Below are positions 28,418 to 64,000 of a stretch of DNA of 64,000 nucleotides, piece after piece (the stretch's first letter is position 1; every line of letters begins with the position of its first letter). A model generated the notes under the pieces. It saw only the letters and a program-made list of their open reading frames with translations. It was not told the DNA's origin and did not search any database. Made by a program: the position numbers and the translations under genes. The stretch lies in NCBI GenBank assembly GCA_951406725.2, contig OX597831.1:67332001-67396000 (forward strand). Reading direction: 5' to 3'. Origin of the DNA: Octopus vulgaris. Lineage: Eukaryota.

Positions 28418-30566
28418 ATAATCTGGCATAATTGCATCTTCAAAATTCCAAACTGCTGTCCAGAAGTTCAATGGGGATGCTTAGGGTTTGGGAGCTAGGG
28501 TTAGAGCTAGACTTGATGATATGGTCAGTCTGGGCTTGAGTTTAGATTTGGTTTGGAGGTACGGTTAGGATTTGGAATTAGTAACAAGTTCAACTCAACT
28601 GAAAATGAATGCTACGTAAAGTACAGTTCAGTCGGTTGGAGTTGTACATCTAAAAGGGTTTCCGCATTAAAGAAACCCTTTTGGTTTCATAATTGTACTG
28701 CGTTTGTGTGGATTGTGTTAGTTTTGAGAGATGATTCTGTGGATAGTGTGAAGCGAGAAATAAACTCCAACCTCTATTTTTCTTTCAAACACTAAATTTA
28801 ATTGAAGATAAAATCTTTGGTATCCAACGACCCAATAATATTATACTTATATCTTAATCAAAAATGTTCTTTGATGAGCATTGTGCAGTTGGTGTCGAGT
28901 AAACAATGTCGTTATTTTTATCCTAAAACACCTCGATAATGTGATTAGATACTGAACTTACAAACTTGCATACAAAGGCCATTATTCTCAGCAAGTATGT
29001 CAGCATGTTCAACCTTTGTAATTTCTTTCGATAAAATCTATACCAATTTTATCTCTATAATTTATCATCGAAATAATAATAACTATGTTAAAAGCAAAAA
29101 ACAAAAGCTAAGAACAAACATCGTGTCTACCACTTCAGTGTTTATTTTGACGAGAAACAATACACCCGAATTTTAGAGACATGAATGCCTTTTCCAAGGT
29201 CATTAATGGTGTATGGAGAAGGTTTTCATTTGTGAATCAGGACCATATTGAGATCTCCGCTTGCTATACAGAGGAGAGTATATGTTGCGATGTTTACGAT
29301 TTCTCCAGAGACATTGGCTGCGATGCAATAGGAACAGAACTAGGAATCCTACCCGGAAATGTAAGCGGCTTAGCTATACGGCACTTGTCACAGATCTATT
29401 AATTTTTGTTAAATATAGTAAATATTCATTCAAAAAAAAGAGAAAAATGGCGTTCTGAATTGAGACAAACTTGACATTTTTCTATATTTGAACATTTATA
29501 CTCTATACTCTCTAGCGATCTTGCTAGGGGAGCAATGATTGTAATAATTGCTATTAATAAGCAATGCTTGCGAAGATTGCTATTGATGAGCAAGCAATTA
29601 GAAATATAGAAGGTGGAAATCTATGCATAGCATAGATTGATTACTGATAACAATTATATTCTAGTAATATTTATCAAGACATAAATATGCTAACTTCCCG
29701 TCAGCTCTAGCAATATTAAAATCATCTCAGCTGAGATATGTATTTAAAATTCTAAATGAAAGTAAATTAAATATGTATAAAATTACTATGAACATATACT
29801 GCAGGTATTTATAGATATAGATATCTATAAATTTGATATTTGTTCCTCTTAAAATATCATCGCATTTCTCAATAAATCAAATTTCTCAGAAAGATCCAGA
29901 TGTAACATATTTGTGACACTACAAACAAACAATAAACAGAACAAACAGAAAAAATGCAGTATCAGATTCAATCCATTCTTTAGCTTAAACATTGCGACAA
30001 ATATAATACCTAGCACTAATTAGTAAACCAACAAAACAAAATATCACTAGCTGTTCAACAGAAACAATACAAAAGTTAGCTACAGGTGTACAAAACTTAA
30101 AGCATAACAGACAATTTTTAAACAACCACATATCAAGCAACACGCAACACACAGACACAAACTGATACAACTACACAAAAACAAAAACACACACACGGAA
30201 AAACATAGTTTACAAAGCATCAGAATAATGGGAACCCATTAGACTCCATCTATTTGGCAAAATTTCCTCAAGGTAGGCATTTACATTACTATGGTAGTAT
30301 AGGGGTTTCCCAATTTCATGGAGTAATGAAACTCCTCGTCCTCAACGTCCCCTTGAATGCTTGGCATGAGAGAGTGTAGGAGTAATTTAAGTATAGTTAC
30401 AGTACCGCAACATAGTACTGGTAAATTTTTCTTCGTAAAAATGTGAGTTTTCAGGTCCAATAGGTTGTTTTTTGATGCTTAATAGAAGCATTTAACTTAA
30501 AAGTGGAATCATTACGCCAAACAATATTTGCTGGAAACTGTTCATCTTCTACACACTTTGGCAAGT

Positions 30567-30951
30567 GGAAGCACTCCGTCGGTTACGACGACGAGGGTTC
30601 CGGTTGATCCGAATCAACGGAACAGCCTGCTCGTGAAATTAACGTGTAAGTGGCTGAGCACTCCACAGACACGTGTACCCTTAACGTAGTTCTCGGGGAT
30701 ATTCAGCGTGACACAGAGAGTGACAAGGCCGGCCCTTTGAAATACAGGTACAACAGAAACAGGAAGTAAGAGTGAGAGAAAGTTGTGGTGAAAGAGTACA
30801 GCAGGGATCACCACCATCCCCTGCCGGAGCCTCGTGGAGCTTTAGGTGTTTGCGCTCAATAAACACTCACAACGCCCGGTCTGGGAATCGAAACCGCGAT
30901 CCTACGACCGCGAGTCCGCTGCCCTAACCACTGGGCCATTGTGCCTCCACT
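30567..30951 (-). mobile_element. SINE family C, tail type 1, TSD ACTTTGGCAAGT
   Basis: tRNA-like head TGGCCCAGTGG...GTTTCGATTCC; TSD at 30555-30566 and 30952-30963. 3' fragment also at 23033-23187. Confidence 0.9.
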
Positions 30952-31404
30952 ACTTTGGCAAGTACAACTCGCATAACTCCACATTTCGGTTCAGATCATC
31001 TTTAAGAGCATGAACTATTCTTGGAATGTAATTTTTCAAAAACAGCACTTCACAATGCGATGGGCTCCTGATTTTAAAACTCTCATCTCATTCTTGTCTA
31101 ATTTCCTATCCAATTTTTCCTTTCTTTTCATGGTCCTCGATCTTCTGGAATATCACTTGTGGATATTCTGAACAGTTTCGTATGCTTCAAACTTATTTCT
31201 AATTTGAACGTGGATCTATTTAAAACTCCTTATTCAACTGTCTTTGCACTTAGATTGCGTTTTCAAACTTTGAGTTCCACTTTAGGACAAATATCCTTTC
31301 TTCAAAGCAATCTGGCTTCCGTCATCGTTTCTAAAAAGAAATGAAAATTTCAGCTGTTAAATACTTATCAGGTGTTAAAGTGTTTATACATTTCTGGACA
31401 CGCA

Positions 31405-31470
<66 letters not shown>

Positions 31471-31513
31471 GAGAGAGAAAGAGAGAAAGAGAGATAGGTA
31501 GAGAGAGAGAGAG

Positions 31514-31618
<105 letters not shown>

Positions 31619-31619
31619 T

Positions 31620-32899
31620 CCCAGACTGCTGAAACTCATCACCTCCTTTCACGACGGTATGCAGGGAACAGTGCAGTTTGACGGATCGCCCTCGGAGTCG
31701 TTCCCCATCCAGAGTGGAGTGAAACAGGGTTGCGTTCTGACGCCGACGCTCTTCGGAATTTTCTTCTCTCTTGTCCTGTCCTATGCCTTCAGAACGTCCG
31801 ACAACGGAGTGTTCCTCCACACCAGGGCTGATGGTGGATTGTTCAATCTTGCGCGCCTCAGAGCTAAGACCAAAGTCCGTCAGGTGCTGATCAGAGAGAT
31901 CCTCTTTGCTGACGATGCCGCCCTAACATCATACAACCAGCCGGGTCTCCAGAGGCTGGTCAGCTCCCTGGCGGATGCCTGCCAAGAGTTCGGCCTTACC
32001 ATCGGCCTGAAAAAGACAGAGATCATGGGCCAGGACGTCGGAGGGGTCCCCAGCATCAGTGTCGGTGACCACAGCTTGCGGGTGGTGAACGAGTTCACTT
32101 ACCTGGGATCGACGGTCTCCAGCAGCCTGTCCCTCGAGCCGGAGCTGAACAGACGGATTGGGAAGGCTGCTGCTGCCATGGCTAAGCTCTCCAGGAGAGT
32201 GTGGGAAAACAACATGCTCACAATAACCACCAAGATCGCAGTGTACCGAGCCTGCGTGCTGAGCACCCTACTCTGCGGCAGCGAGAGCTGGACAACATAC
32301 ACCCGGCAAGAATGCCGCCTCAGCGGCTTCCACATGCGGTGTCTTCGACGGATCCTTGGCATCTCCTGGAAGGACCGAGTACCAAACGGAGTCATCCTAG
32401 AACAGACTAATATGCCAAGCATGCATGCCCTCCTCGTGCGGAGACGACTGCGCTGGCTCGGACACGTCTGCCGCATGCAGGACGGTCGCATGCCTAAAGA
32501 CATCCTGTACAGCGAACTCACCACGGGATCCCGACCCAAGGGACGTCCACAGCTACGATACAGGGATGTGTGCAAGCGCGACCTGAGGACTGCCAACATC
32601 TGTGTGGACACGTGGGAGGTAACAGCTGCTGACCGCTCTGCCTGGCGTCGGACAGTGAGGAAAGGCGTTTCCATGGCTGAGGAAAGGAGAGCACAGCTGT
32701 GGTCGGACAGGCGGGACAGGAGGAGGACAACTGCAGCAACACCCCACACGTACCCATCGATGTTCGTGTGCAGCAACTGTACCAGGGACTGCCACTCTAG
32801 AATTGGACTGTTCAGTCACAGCAGACGCTGCTCATCATCAAAGTAGGCCCCACCCTTGGCGCGACCCATTGTCTATCAAGACAGACGGGGGAGAAGAGA

Positions 32900-32900
<1 letters not shown>
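31620..32900 (+). mobile_element. 5'-truncated RTE-clade LINE with an uninterrupted RT C-terminal frame
   Basis: GVKQGCVL, LFADDAAL, FTYLGS, RRLRWLGHVCRM and C-terminal CSNC..HSRIGLFSHSRRC; stop at 32846; short 3' UTR; embedded in (TAGA)n. Confidence 0.93.
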
Positions 32901-32969
<69 letters not shown>

Positions 32970-33012
32970 TATATATATATATATATAGATAGATAAATAT
33001 ATATATATATAT

Positions 33013-33164
<152 letters not shown>

Positions 33165-33260
33165 GCAGACAGATAGGTAGATAGACAAACATACACATAT
33201 ACCAAATTATATACCTACATTTATACATATATTTGTGTGTGTTGTGTGTGCGTGCGTCTA

Positions 33261-33298
<38 letters not shown>

Positions 33299-33633
33299 AG
33301 CATTTATGCATCTGCTCATTTATTCAAGATATGCACATATATAACAACACATATTTATTGCATACTGTGCTTTACAGATACATATTTACAGGGAGAAAGA
33401 GAATGACACTAATGCATGAGCAAAAATGCATGAAACAGCAAAATCTTAAGTGGCTCCATGATAACAGAAGTCATATGACTCTATTTTGATTAGTTCTTAC
33501 ACACATCTCCTCTCCACCCATCTCACATCGCCATATATTACACAATACGAATTCCTAAATAATTTTCACTCCTTCAATATACACACACATTTGATTGTAT
33601 TTTGATACTCAACAGTATTCGCACCAAGCAATA

Positions 33634-64000
<30,367 letters not shown>

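Noticed and set aside
30614-30866. Recurrent short ORFs (MVVIPAVL..., MFIERKHL...; also near 55.3 and 62.3 kb)
   Set aside because: They are SINE C copies, not a gene family.
32099-32776. 225-aa minus-strand ORF
   Set aside because: Antisense shadow of the GC-rich RTE ORF.

Overview
AT-rich, repeat-saturated animal genomic DNA. The SINE families and the (TA)n/(CATA)n/(GATA)n/(ATT)n microsatellite load look like a coleoid cephalopod, probably Octopus; this is an inference. One host gene can be rebuilt by hand on the + strand: a secreted GH20 chitobiase-type beta-N-acetylhexosaminidase (signal peptide - CBM14/peritrophin-A - CHB_HEX - GH20b - GH20 catalytic HFGGDE - CHB_HEX_C). It has 9 coding exons from 33634 to beyond 64000, all with GT-AG junctions and compatible phases, about 914 codons inside the window. 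The rest is mobile DNA: a Penelope-like element with 1.4-kb inverted pseudo-LTRs each carrying a hammerhead ribozyme, several other hammerhead-bearing or foldback Penelope relics, RTE/CR1/R4-type LINE fragments, about five SINE or SINE-like families, non-autonomous Helitrons, a MITE with 8-bp TSDs, Tc1/mariner relics and a possible solo LTR. Most ORFs in the supplied track are microsatellite or SINE artefacts.
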